Positions 24,815 to 38,049 of a DNA stretch of 64,000 nucleotides are shown piece by piece; within the stretch, counting starts at the first letter, position 1, and each line of letters opens with the position of its first letter. The translations under genes were made by a program, and so were the position numbers. The DNA is taken from the NCBI GenBank assembly GCA_028023455.1, contig JAQFVV010000009.1, positions 3,534,001 through 3,598,000 of the forward strand, given 5' to 3'. A model generated the notes under the pieces. It had not been told where the DNA came from and did no database searches. It saw only the letters and a list, made by a program, of their open reading frames with translations. The stretch comes from Epiperipatus broadwayi (taxonomy: Eukaryota > Animalia > Onychophora).

Positions 24815-27256
24815 CATGGCATATAGTGGTGTGATTAAATGGTTCATTATATCAATGTTTAATTAACTGTTCATGTATTCAATTTTAATTTAAAATTTAA
24901 ATTTGTTTAAATAACCCATTTCTTTAAAGTGGATACATTTGTTTTTTAATTGTTAATAGAAAAATGGTTACCAGCTATGCATATGCTTCTTCAATATTCA
25001 CTTTCTATCCTCTCTCTGTGTGTACACTATTTCTACTTTTGTTAAGTTGAAACTATGACCTGTTTTCTGTTCATGGTCTGTAAATATTGAAATGTGTTCT
25101 TTATCTCTGAGGCTATATTGTATAAATCTCTGTGTTGAGCAAGTCTTGTTGAGAAATTGGCCCTTGACTTTCTATAATATGCTGCATTGCAAGGTGATTG
25201 GCTGCATTTAATTCTATAGACAATTTGTTATGCTGATTCATTTGGTATATTGTTTTTAGAGTTCTTGATTAATTGGTTAAATGATGGAGCAGTTTGAAAA
25301 CTCATATTAAATTTATTTTTACATATATTTTTAAATTTATGCACAATATTTGGAATGTACGGAAGGCTTATCCAGTTTTTATGTTCCACTTGTTGTGTTG
25401 GGGCAAGGATTTATTATTTTTTTTATAGAATCTCTTTATGGTGCTTATGATTTTATCATGATTATATTCCATATTTAGGAGGTCATTTGTGCACTGTTCA
25501 ATGTTGTTCTTTTTATTGTATTCAAAACTAGCATACTGTATAACTTCTGTGTAAGAAACCCTTCAATCTTGCATATTTATTGATCTAGGATGGATCATTC
25601 CTCATATATTTAAGGGCTTAATCATTCTGTAGTCTAGAATGTGGTTCTGTCTTTATATATATAAGTCCAAAAATTTTATTTCTCTATTATTGTATTCTTT
25701 CTCCAAGGTCCATGACAGTGTCGATGTTTACCCCAATTCCTATTGTATTTCATTAATCTGTGTGTCTGTAGCATATATAAATGTGTTGTCCATGTATCTT
25801 TCATATATTAATCTTGATTTTAAATATTTGTGATTAGGTACAATATATTTTTTGATTTTTTTCTAGGAATAACTACTGATGATATCACTGATGGGGATCC
25901 CCATTGGCCTGCCATTATTCATTTTATATTTTCAATTTGCTACCACTGTGAGGTCATTGTCAATCCATTTCAAAACCTCTATTATAAATTTCTTTTGTGA
26001 TGATCATAATTATGGTTACTTAGTAATTCATTAATCATCTTGATTGATTCTATTATGGGTACTGAACTATATAACTCTTTTACATAGAATGACACAATTT
26101 TATTATTAGCTTCTATTTTATTGCTTTTAATTTTGTTAATGAATTCATACGATGATTTAATCCAGCATTTGCCAAATCCCAATTCTTTTGTGATCCATAC
26201 AGAAATAGTTTTAGCCATTTTGTAAAAGTATGAACTGAAAAAATCAATAATCAACCTCAGAGGGGAGTTTTTCTTATGCAGTTTTATATTTACAAAAATT
26301 CTTGGGGTGTTTGCAGAAAAGGGGTACATTTTGAAGTATTCCACATTTGTAAATGCTTTTCTACAGTGCTTTCTAAGAACCATTGAAATAAATTTGTCTT
26401 TAATGTTTTTAAAATTATATGCTGCTATTTCTGTAAATTTAAGATTTTAAATTTGTAAATCAAGTTTTGTTTGGTACTCATCCTTTTTCATTAACACTAT
26501 ATGGTCTCCTTTATCTTCTTTTATGAAAATTATATTTGTTACTTTCTATATACATTTTAGTATCCTTTATGTTATTATACCATTTATCTTTATGCTTCTT
26601 TGGTAAAAAATCCACTATTCTAACTGTCTTGTCAATGATCTGATCTTTTAAGGAGTCATTTTTGAATTTGGTTTCTATATGTCAGCCGGTATTTCAATTT
26701 TAGAATTTTTCCATTCCCTGCCCACAAATCTTGATCCATTATTTAATATATTACTGATTGTTTCTGGTATCTGTTCATTGGTTAAGTTAATCCAATTTAT
26801 CTTGTTTAATGCATTCCAATTTTTTGCCTTGTTTCATCGCTAAAAATACATTTTCTTACTATATTTGTCTTTTAATTTTAGTATCATATGTGTACACTTA
26901 TTTTAATTTTTTCTTGTCTTTGTATTTCCTATTCATTATTTTAATTTGCCTCATGTCTGCCTTAATCAATCTATTCACACCTTTTACTATTTATTCTAGT
27001 AAAACTATCTGTACTTTTTGCAAGAATTCTTTCACATTGATATACAGCCATGTCTATATATATATTACAAGATTTTGGAAAGATCTTTAATTGCAAACAC
27101 TTATGTAAAAATTTTATTCTTTCTTGTTTTGTTATCAAACTCCTATGCATTTTAGATATAGACTTATATAAATTTACGCCTTCCATAATCTTTTATAATT
27201 CAATTGTTAAACATTGATATAAAGAACAATTCAATCACACCACTATATACCATGGA
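24815..27256 (-). mobile_element. Decayed Penelope-like retroelement with inverted terminal segments
   Basis: ORF 25982..26383 carries PLE RT motifs (TPRIF..KLHK..PLRLI; SFYVKELYSSVP). Downstream remnants include GRPMGIPISDII, RYMDN and TRLAQH (GIY-YIG region). 24815-24870 is the reverse complement of 27203-27256. Confidence 0.85.
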
Positions 27257-27455
27257 TATGATATAGTAAAAATATATTGAAAGCATACTAAGCAGTAATA
27301 AGGCTAAAGATTTAAAAAAAAAACTACTTTTTCTGTGTTTTGTTTTCATTTTACCAAATATTATATTGTATATACATTGTAATGGAGTATTTACTGACTT
27401 TAATATCCAGGCTCCATATTAAACAGCTATTTTTTGTGTAATGGATATATTAGGT

Positions 27456-28027
27456 CAGCAGGTCTGCAAACTTTTTAACATAAAGAGCCATTTTTTAAAA
27501 ATCCCCCTCCCTCCAATCTTAAAGAGCCACAAGAAAAGCAGTACTGTATATTCCTTCACCTTCACTACAGAGTCATAGGGAAAGAGGTATTCCCTCCCCA
27601 AAATAGAGCCACAAAAAAAAAAAAAAAAATCGGAAAAATATGTTCATGAAAATTATAAATTTTTGAATAACTGTGGATATATTTGAATGTTTATTTTAAT
27701 AATAAAACATAACAGAGTACAAAATAAAAATTTTCTTAAAAATAAATGAGTAAAAATAAAAAATTAACCTTGACAGTTTGATTTATTCATAAATTTTTAA
27801 TATTTAAATATTCACCATATACAATAATTATTATTCTATAATAATGCTGAATTCAAGATACAATCTTGTAATGCTCATTTTTTCCTCTTCTAGGGATATC
27901 AAAATATTTATTTACAAATAACAAGGAAAAATTAAAAATGTGTTTCTGATTATCATGATAAAAAGAGTAAAGAGTTTGGGTTCAAAGAGCCATCTTTGTC
28001 TTGTGAGCTATAGTTTTCTAATCCCTG
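27456..28027. mobile_element. hAT (Charlie/MER58-like) non-autonomous element
   Basis: Starts CAG(CAG)GTCTGCAAACTTTTT..AAAGAGCCA and ends AAAGAGCCA...GAGCTATAGTTTT...CCCTG. Internal AAAGAGCCA(C) motifs are repeated. Confidence 0.7.
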
Positions 28028-28479
28028 AATTACATGAATAAAACATAAGTATATCATGAATGATGATGATCAGCCTTATGTTGGACCATTTTATGTAATG
28101 GAATTTATTTAAAGCAAGATATATATTAAATATCCAGATTTCATGCTGATAAGCCATGTGAAGAAATTATATCAATTAAAGTAATATTTAAATATTAGTT
28201 AATCATATATCAAAAATATTTATACATTTATAATAATCAGCTTGATTATCACCAAATAACCAATTAATTTTCTTATATAGGTATGAATTTGAAATATGAC
28301 TTCTAAAAATGGCAAAAGTCATCATCATAAAATATAATCCTTGATTTTGCGGAACCATCCTTATAATTCCAAAAAGAACTATGTAGGATCCATGCACATA
28401 TATAATTCAGTTAAGATGTCACTGGATGTTTAGCTTTAATAATAATTTAATAACTTAATAATTTAATCTAAAATACAAT

Positions 28480-28800
28480 AATAAATACAATATTAAAGTT
28501 TTACAATGGAAAAAGAGGAAAAGAGATTAAAGTATTTAGACTTTTTTTTTTTAAAGAGAAGGAATTAATGATGAAATACTTATTAAACATTATATTAAGA
28601 ATAAAGAAAAAAAGATATAATTGAATACAATTCATATCAGTCATGGTCACATACAATAACAGTTTTGAAAGGTGTTAAGTTAAAAAATGATAGGCTAACT
28701 TTGAATATAAAAGAAGCATTTGAACAGAAATTGGAAGTTGAGAATGATTATGTTATTAGGGATATAAAAGAAAAGTTATTAAAAAGATTTTTGATTGCGT
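28480..28800 (+). mobile_element. Penelope-like RT fragment, decayed
   Basis: FTMEKEEKRLKYLDF resembles FTMEWEKNNELVYLDI of the intact PLE at 56613..58103. Confidence 0.55.
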
Positions 28801-30721
28801 TATAAAATAAATAAAATTATTATATAATAATATATAATAAAGATTATATAATAATATTTAAAATAAAATTATGAACCAAGCAATTTTTTTCAGTTATGCA
28901 CTACATATTTGGGTAATCTAAAATATGCTGAATAAATGTTGTACTTAAACAACTAAAAAAACAACTAATAAATAAACAAATAAGTGAATTAATTCACAAA
29001 TAACTATGATAGCTTAGAGTTATATCTACAATGGACTCATGAATTTTTGAGATACCAATGGGTCCAGAGATGTGTTTTTGCTTGGCAAAGAAAATAAAAT
29101 TCAATAAGTGATGATTTATTTGCTAATAAGGTATAGTATAGAATGTCCAATTACATATCTTAATAATAAAATAAATTGTAATAAGATGATTTCATATAAT
29201 ATATTGACTTGTGTGATAGATCAATCAACAGATACTTAGATTAATAATAAATATAAATTTATTAATTTAAATATTAACTCATTGATGTGGTTAAAACAAA
29301 TAATATTTAATTTAATTATTAAATGCAAACTAATGTTAAATAATGTATATGTATAGTTTGTTTATGCTAAATTACAATCAAAAGATACGATCTATAATTA
29401 AAATTATTAACACATACAATCAAGTCATAAAAGGGTTAACTATAGAGTTTTCTCACAAACAAAAAATATAAAATGTAATAGAAATTTTATGTTATTATTT
29501 TTTTTTTGTTTTAAAGAAAATATATCATTCAAAATCAATCCATGGTTTTATAATGAAAATTATTTTATAATTTTGACCTAAATTATATGAAGAATTAATT
29601 ATTAACATATTACTTTTTATTAATTATATTTTTAAATTTTGATTGGTTTTATAAAAGTAATATGTTAATAATTAATTCAAGTCTAATTTTCTTGATTTAT
29701 CTCTTTTCTTAAGTGTATATCAAATGATAAAAACAAAATATGACTGCTTTATAATTAAAATTATTAATAAAGAAGAAAGATTTTTTAATACATATTTATC
29801 AAAAATTACTATTATATTTTTAACTATTATTCGCAAGTGAAAGCCACATAAGTAGATAATTCTAAGAAATTTGTCTGTGAGTGTATGTAACCAAGTTAAG
29901 CATATATATATATAACTTCAATTTCAGCTTCCTTATTCTGCAATGTTCTCTTGGCATCTCAGTGCTAGCAGCTAAAATTATCAGGATCCATAAACATTTT
30001 TAATCATTAGATGATATCCAATTATTTCTCCTGTTGATATTATAATCCATGGTAAATTTAATGGTCTTTGCTTTATAACAGTTAAGCATAGCAATTTGTT
30101 GTTAATCATTCCATTTTAATCATAAAGATATCAAATGAGGGGAAGTTTGTGTTCTTTCCATCCTAAGTAATTTTCTGTTCATCATTTCTTTACTACAATC
30201 CAATATCCATTGATAAAAATATATGAAAGTAAAACAAGTTTTAAAGAAAAATGTATTTGTATTTCTTTCTGAGCCTGTTTTATCACTCAACCAACAAAAG
30301 AAATCTTTCTTATTTCTTTTTAAACACTAGCTCATGGATGTATTAATATTTTTTAATTTTAATAGGGCATTGTTATCATTCATATAATTTAATAAAATAT
30401 TTCATTTTTTAAACTTAATAAATAAAGTATCCATTCACTCTACATTTCTCCAAATTATTAAACATATTTATTAAACATAAGACCTTTAATTGTTGTCTTT
30501 ATTTAATTACTCATAAATTACAAAGGGAACTATAGATGATGACATGTATATATCACATATTTCTATCTTTAATAAAATAAAGAAAACAATTCTAAACAAT
30601 ATAAGATCACCATTATCAACTAAACTTTCTATGAATAACTCATCGTTAATTAAAACTAGACCACCACAACAATGAAATCATTGATTATGTACAATTATGT
30701 GATTTTTTTAAAAAAAAAAAT

Positions 30722-31860
30722 CTAAGACAATGTTTTATAGTAAGGTTTCAAATTACACGCATTATATGTTTCTTTGACAGCTTTACAATTCATCCTAACT
30801 GGATACTTGTAAAACAAATTCATAACATCATATAAGTTGTATAAAATTTGATTAATAAAACTAAAGCCTTCATTTCTATTGAACATAGCTTCTTCATACC
30901 AAATAAACTCATGAATATAGCTATTACTATAAACTGAATATTTACTATTATATTCATAATGATTTACACATGTGATTGTAGTCTCATCATAAACTATATT
31001 CCCCAAAATTGCTAAACACTTATCACTGGCCTTACTCTGTGATCAAGGTTCTCCAGTCATGGTACCAACATTCATGACTATGTATTTCATGATAATAAAA
31101 TCATTTAGATTTTAAAAGTTTTACTTCTAATGATAAAATCTTACATCTATCACCACTAATTAAGCTTCTGATGAAATTACCTTTTAAAGAACCTGATCAT
31201 TTACTCAAGATAAATGACTGCTCTGAGTTTCTTTTATTTCTGTCTAGTCTGTATCTTTTCTATCTCTTTATTATTAATTTCTTGATACTTGTTTAATTTA
31301 GTTTCTAGGATTCTATCTTTATTTTGGCATTCCAATCCACACTTTTCCATTTTAGATTCTATCTTTTGAATCCAATTTTGTCCCTTTTCAATACTATCTT
31401 CTAGCATTGATTTTTATTTGCATTTGACTTTGAATCTGTTCCATTTTACTCCCTAGTCCCTTAAACTTAACTGTCAACTTATTTATTTTTTCATGTCCTA
31501 TTCTTATTTCATGAACTAATTCTGTATGCACATGCTTTATTTCTTATGTAAATCTATTTTCTAACTCATATTGACCCACTTCAATCTTCATTATTAACAT
31601 TTCCTGACCTTGTTTTAAGTCTAATTTAAGCTCTTCTTGGCTTTGCTTCAATTCTTGTCTAAATATTTTTTGATCTTGTTTTATTTCTTGTATAAACCCT
31701 CTATGGATTTCTTTAAACTCTTCTCTATTTTGTTTTTATTTCACTCATTAAAACTTTTCATCATTGCCACTATAGGTTCATTTTGATCATTTTTTGATGT
31801 GACAGAGACTTCACTAACTTTCTTCCCTATTCTAACATATCTAATTCTTTTTCATTTTCC
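30722..31860 (-). pseudogene. Decayed coiled-coil ORF (gag/ORF1-like) followed by a 94-codon open frame
   Basis: 31220-31860 translates to heptad-like EEFKEIHRGFIQEIKQDQKIFRQELKQSQEELKLDLKQGQEML with stops. The retroelement gag/ORF1 assignment is inference. Confidence 0.35.
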
Positions 31861-32149
31861 ATAATTTGTTTTGGATTTATATTTATTATTTTATTTTAGA
31901 AAGAAAAAATCATGACTTTATTCCTCAATTTAATATATTAAACCAAATGAAATGAATAACTTGTTTTCTCTACTATACTTTATATGTTGACCCTATAACT
32001 TAATTAAAATTTCTACTCATATATTTTGATTCATATAAGAGACCCTTTCAATATAAAATACCACAATAATATCATTTCTCAATGGTGAGTGATTAACCTA
32101 TTCACAATATTATCATCTCAAACTAACATATTACTTTTTTTAAAAATTT

Positions 32150-34600
32150 CAACTCATCACCATTATCAATACACTGCAGGATGAAGGTCTCTCCAAGTTC
32201 AATCCATCTTTTCCAATCTTTAGCTTCTTTTCTCCATGTCACCCATGCACACTTTCTTATTTCATCCATCTCACAGGTGGTCTCTTTCTGGGTTTTTTAC
32301 AATCTATTGGAATCCCATTTAAGATTTCAATTATCCATCTATTATCATCTCTTCTAGCAATATGTCCAGCCCAACTCCATTTCAGTCTTTTAATTTTTTC
32401 AATAAGGTCAGTATCAGTTGTTTATTCTCTTACCCATATATTGTGTTTTCAATCTCTTTTTGTTACTCCTAACATGCATCTCTTCATACTTCTTTAATGT
32501 CTCTGTATTGCTCTTCTATTAAGGGTCCAAGTCTCAGATCCATAAGTAAGAAATGGTAAAACATATTTATTAAAAACCTTCCTTTTCAAACACATAGACA
32601 TATTTTATTTTAGTATCAAGTTATTTCTACCAAAAGCACTCCAACCAAGTTTAATTCTATGATTAATTTCATCCATTATGTTTCTATCTGTATTAATAAT
32701 CTGACCATGGTATTTGTAGCTGTCAACCTCTTCTAACTCATCATAATCAATTTTTATTTTTATAATTTGAAAAAATCCATTAAAATTAGTCTTTTTAACA
32801 TTTATCTTTAGTCCTATTTTCCTACTTTCATCTGATAACTCTCGTAACATTTCCTACAGCTCTAAAACATTATTTGCAAAAACAATTACATCATCTGCAA
32901 AATCTAACTGACTTAAATAATCTCCATTTACTTTTACTCCTTTAGCTTTTAATTTTAATCCACAAAATACTTCTTGCAGCACTGCTGTAAAAAGTTTTGG
33001 AGATGTGGAGTCACACTGTCTTACACCCTTCTCAATATTGACTTTCCTAGTATAATTATGTAATCTAATTGTTGCTGCTGCATTTTTATAAATATTCTTT
33101 AAAATATGACAATATCCTGGATCTATACCTTGATGATCCTATGCTTTAATCACTGAAAAAATGTTTATAGAATCAAATGCCTTTTCATAATCTACAAATA
33201 CAAAGCATAATGACAACTCATATTCATTTGTTCTGTCTATAACATTTCACAATACCTGGATATGATCTACTGTACTAAAACCACTTTTAAATCCAGCTTG
33301 AAATCCAATGTTCTCTGTAGACGAGTTATAATTATCTTGGTAAAAATTTTGTATAAAACTGATTTCTAATATCTTCTTTATCACCTTTTTTAAATATTAA
33401 TATTAATACTGCATTCTTTTAATCATCTGGTACATCTTTATCATTTAGACATTTGGTATATAACTTTGTAAAAAAAATTCTATTTCTTTACCTGCTTCTT
33501 TTAATATATCAATTATAATTCCATTATTACCGGAGCTTTCCTTTCTTCATAAATTTAATTACCTCTCACTTCTTCATTTAAAATTCTGGGCAATTCACAA
33601 GATATAATAGATATAGGAGGTACCTGTTCTTTATTACTATATAATTCTTGATAGAAGTCTTCTATCCATTTTATGATGTCATCTCTCTTTTTAGTAATAA
33701 TTCCATCTTTTTTCTTATTGCAGATATAAATTTCCTACCAATACCAAAATGTTATTTTACACTCTTGAAACTTTTATTCTCTTGAAACTTTTATTCTCTT
33801 CTACTGCTTTCCATGCTAGTTCACAGTTATACTTTCTTATATCATTTTCAACTCTTTTCTGCACCATTTTACAAAATTTGAGATATTAAATCTTTTTTAA
33901 GCATCGTTTTTGTATATTTTCACATTCCTTCTTTTGTTCATAAATTCTCTAATCTCAGTAGAAATTTTATTGGTTAAATGCTTTTTTCTACCAGCTATCT
34001 TTGTTGCAGTTTTTAAAAGTGTATCAATTATTTACATATTATTTTCATTCAAATCTGAATTATGTTCAAAATCTACTAATACTTGAAACTGATTTGTAAG
34101 TTCTAATTTAAATTAATTAGAATGTTTCTGAAGATCAGGAATATCCACTGTAAATATTGTTTTTTTTTTAATAATTTTTGGCTCTCTATTTTTGCATTAA
34201 CATGTATCTTACATCTTACTAATCGATGATCACTTTCTGTGTTAAATTTATTAAGAACATTACAATCTTGAAATATGTATTTTCTGTTAGTCAAAATATA
34301 ATCCAATTCAGCTGTACCTTCATTTGGATGCTTCCATGTCAATTTCCTTTTAATATTTTCCTCAAAAAAAAAAAAAAAAAATTCATAATATAAAGTTTTT
34401 CTTTTTCTGCAAACTCCACAAGTCTGTGTCCTCTCTCATTTCTATTACCATAACCAAAATTACCTACAGCATTTTCATCTTTCATTTGTTTACCAATTCT
34501 AGCATTAAAGTCTCCCATAACAATTTTAAAATGTTATTTACCAGAGATATGCTAGATTGTAGATTTTTTAATTTGCATAGAATGGCAATAGTTTCAAATT
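32150..34600 (-). mobile_element. RTE-clade LINE (APE endonuclease + RT), decayed
   Basis: IVMGDFNARIG...NERGHRLVEFA (APE); FVDYEKAFDSI; GVRQCDSTSPKLF; YLSQLDFADD; KIGLKINVKKT; RIKLGWSAFG; TYGSETWTL. It has the RTE-type C-terminus ELGETFILQ followed by a TGA-type tail. Confidence 0.93.
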
Positions 34601-34817
34601 CAAGAAGGCAAGAAAATTAATTTAACAAATTCAGCAGTACATGATGAACCTGCAAACCAGTCTTGTCAGCATTCTCTTTTTTACATTGTAAGCAAGCCTT
34701 TCTAACTTGAAAATATCTTGGTATTTATAGCTAGCTGGATTAATTAATTAATCACATATATATATTATTTTAAGAAACGCAAGTTTGAGACAGAAATAAC
34801 TTTAATTTATATTTTCT

Positions 34818-34915
34818 GTCAAGCGTTGATGGCCTAGTGGCTAGCATAGCTTCCTTTCAAGCAGTTGACCCGAATTCTCTTCCCGGTCAATGCATTTGAC
34901 ATATGAAGAAAAAAA
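34818..34915 (+). mobile_element. Full-length older copy of the tRNA-Gly-like mini-SINE
   Basis: GTCAA + tRNA-Gly-like body (34823-34893; anticodon mutated to TTC) + ATTTGACATATG + A-rich tail. TSD TTATATTTTCT (34807-34817 and 34917-34927). Confidence 0.9.
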
Positions 34916-35179
34916 CTTATATTTTCTCCCCCTAATTTCTTTTAAATAAAGAAATAAGAAGAGCTGTTAATTGTCTATTGGGAATTAATTATTTTTCACA
35001 AAATAACATTTTTCTTCTGTTACAAATTTTGTATTTTGTTTGACTTAGAATGATGGACTTTGGTACTAAAATCCATGAATCATGGCTCTAGTTCTGTCAC
35101 TTTTTGTGCCTGAAATTCCTAAGCTGTAAGCCATTCTATTATTTTTAATTTTGTATGATTTAGATAATATAGAATGGTG

Positions 35180-35660
35180 GACATTGGAGCTCGACTATTT
35201 TCAGTGCTTAATTTTCTTATGAACTCTGGAGCAATAAATCATTTAATTATTATTATTTTATCTCTGAGGTGCGAGAAAAAAAAAACCGAATCAATATATA
35301 TATCTGATCTATTTCTTACCATGGAATTTTGGAGTTAATTAAATTACTTAGAATAATAATAAAAACTCATCTAAGGCTTATTTATTACTTTAACCGTTAT
35401 TATTAATAATTGGGTGTGTCATTTATCTCTTTTATAATATAAATCTAACTGTACCCTTATTCTAGATTATATTTTCACTTTCTTGTGTGTGCAGGAAACA
35501 TTATTATATGTCAATATAAATATCTTCAAATGTATGTGCGCGTTAAGTTATCAAAGAACGAAAAATGTATGTGCGCATTTGTATTAATAAAACTTTATTA
35601 TTTATTTATAGAAAGATTGAAAATAAGAAGTCAAACTTCGAGTAATCAAACCATCATTTA
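35180..35660 (-). promoter_or_regulatory. CpG-retaining promoter-like island with candidate first exon ending ATG|GTAAGA
   Basis: CpG cluster with a duplicated AATGTATGTGCGC motif (about 35540 and 35565). The minus strand reads CC ATG|GTAAGA at 35322-35314. Confidence 0.55.
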
Positions 35661-36909
35661 TATACAAACAATCATCTATTAAAGGTTAAGAGACTAAATA
35701 ATAGATCATTCATTTTTTGATAACATGTTAACATTTTTAGTTTTCTCCTTTCATCTATAACTTTATAAGCCACATTTAATGATTGATTGTGAATATTTTA
35801 TAGGAAACTTTTATGCAGGCGTCTTTACTCATGCTTTTTTAAAAAAAAAAAAAACAATAAAAAAAGCATAAATAAATAAGATGGTATGATTTTCACTTTT
35901 TTCTTTTTTTTCTTTTTAAAATTTGAATTTTAAAACCGTAATAAATAATCTTTCATCAGACTTTTATGTCTCCATTATAAAAGGCTTTTCTTGTAACCTT
36001 CTTTCCTGAGATCAGCAAATAATGCATTTATCATGATAAACATATCATTGTTGATTGACAAGGCTTACCTATATATGACATTTTTTCAAACATGAAATTT
36101 AATATCTCATATGCAGACAAATTGAAAACATAAGCTTTCTGTATTAAATATTCAATATTGTATAAAATCTTAAAACCTAGCTTTATTGATTGCTGAAATT
36201 ATCTTTTCAGTTAGTAAAAAAAAAAAGTCTTTTTGATGAGGAAATAATAACAGGATGTAATTAATAACATACTTATTTAAGCATATATGTAAAAAATGTT
36301 TTGAAAAACATTAAAAACAGACACTTTATATTTTAAAAAGTAACACTTTTTCAGTCAGCTAAAGCATAATATACATTATATGAGTAATGCAGAAAAATAG
36401 TTGTTCACATATTATTCGTGATATATGTAGTGGACACGTTTCATAATCCTGAGGTTTAAATTTAAGACATATAGCTATAAAAATTATTACTAAATTATAC
36501 AGTTTAGATGCAGTATTCACACTATGATCAAAGCATAAAATTACCAATAAAAAGGTATTATAGATAATTGGTTAGTTTCATGGGAGATCACAATACATAG
36601 GAGTGCAAGCAGCAGATTGAACAAAGTAATTCCATTCCGTTGACCAAGCAAAATTATTTTTCTACTTTAACAGCTAAATATTGAGTTCACTAGTGCAATA
36701 AAGTACATGGGAATAATCTCAAATGAAATTCTTTTGCATGATATTTATTATTACTGTCTCAAGAGATTATTTCATTATATTAGACAATGGATATTATTAT
36801 GATTTATAATTACATGTTGGATTATTTCTGTCAATTTAGTTTAATTGTTAAATTCTTAGAAAAAAAATTAAACTTTAATTAAAATTTTCAAACACATGGG
36901 TTAGTATAT

Positions 36910-37030
36910 AATATAATATTTTGAATGGTATTATCCTCCTCTCCTCTTCAGATGTTGCTAGTCTTCTAGTAACAATACTAGCACAGAAAACAAACTGGTA
37001 GTCTTTAATCTTATGAATATTAATTTAAGA
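36910..37030 (-). mobile_element. Degenerate copy of the tRNA-headed hammerhead SINE
   Basis: Minus strand: GCTAGTATTGTTACTAGAAGACTAGCAACAT CTGAAGA GGAGAG...CATTC AAAA TATTA, homologous to 12388-12539. Confidence 0.65.
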
Positions 37031-37454
37031 TTATCAAATAAGTTACAGCAACAATTTAAATTCAATATTCATGAATAAAAGATTATTAGTTCCATCCCCA
37101 TGCCAATACTGTTCCTGGTCAGACTGTAACACCTAAAAAAAAAAAGATAATACCACTCCAAATTTTGTATTATGTAGTAACCTGTATGCTATTATTAATA
37201 GTTGAAATTAATTGTAAAGCTTAAATAAAATTTAATTTTTTCAAAAAAAAAAAAAAAAGAACAATTAAAACTAGATTCTGAAAATAGTTCAACTTATAAC
37301 TACAAATAAAATGTCATTATTCCAAACTTTCAAACAAACATTAGTATGATTATATTATATCCAAAAGTTATAGTTCCATGACAATTTGGTCTTTTTATTT
37401 AATAATAAAATTCTAATACTCTGAATATTGGAATACTAGTCTCTTTCTCGTCTT

Positions 37455-37534
37455 GGGGGGGGGGCGGCGCCCCCCCCGCAGGCAAAGGGGGGGGGGGAGG
37501 GGGGGGGGGGGTCGGCGCCCCGCCGGGGGGGAGG
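37455..37534. other. Isolated poly-G/GC-rich tract
   Basis: About 80 bp of G runs with two GGCGCC motifs in otherwise AT-rich DNA. Confidence 0.8.
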
Positions 37535-38049
37535 AAAGAAAAAAAAAATACATCTATTAAAATAAAACTCTAACTTTTTTCTAATATTAATTTTTAAAAA
37601 CAACTGTTTATGATTTAATTATATTAAAGCAGTAATAACTAATCAATTTTTATTTAACTACATTTTTTTTTTGACGAATGCCAATTTTTCACAAATAATA
37701 TTTTTTTATATATTATAAAAGTTTTCAGTACATTAAAAATTTTAAAATTGCAATTTCATATTCAAATCGCACATTTAAATCTAAACAAAACACTGCTTCA
37801 ATTCCTTGATGATTGATAAACTTAAACTTTTTTACTGTTCTATTGTTTCATTATATTTTGGGAAACTTTAATTGTAAAAAAATAAATTGTTTTGTTATTA
37901 TTAACATATTTAAAAATACATACTCCACACACACACAAACAATTTCTTTATAAAAATGAATATTTGCACTTACTTCAGTTGATATTTTAAAATTTTAAAT
38001 CATTAATATATTAATCCTGGGTCTGGTATAATCATTTTATGCAAAGACT

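Noticed and set aside
29928-30003. Plus-strand terminal exon encoding a hydrophobic helix
   Set aside because: Short and without independent support. Such frames arise easily in T-rich DNA.
34823-34893. tRNA-Glu (TTC anticodon)
   Set aside because: The body is Gly(TCC)-type with a point change and a damaged T-arm. It belongs to the mini-SINE family.
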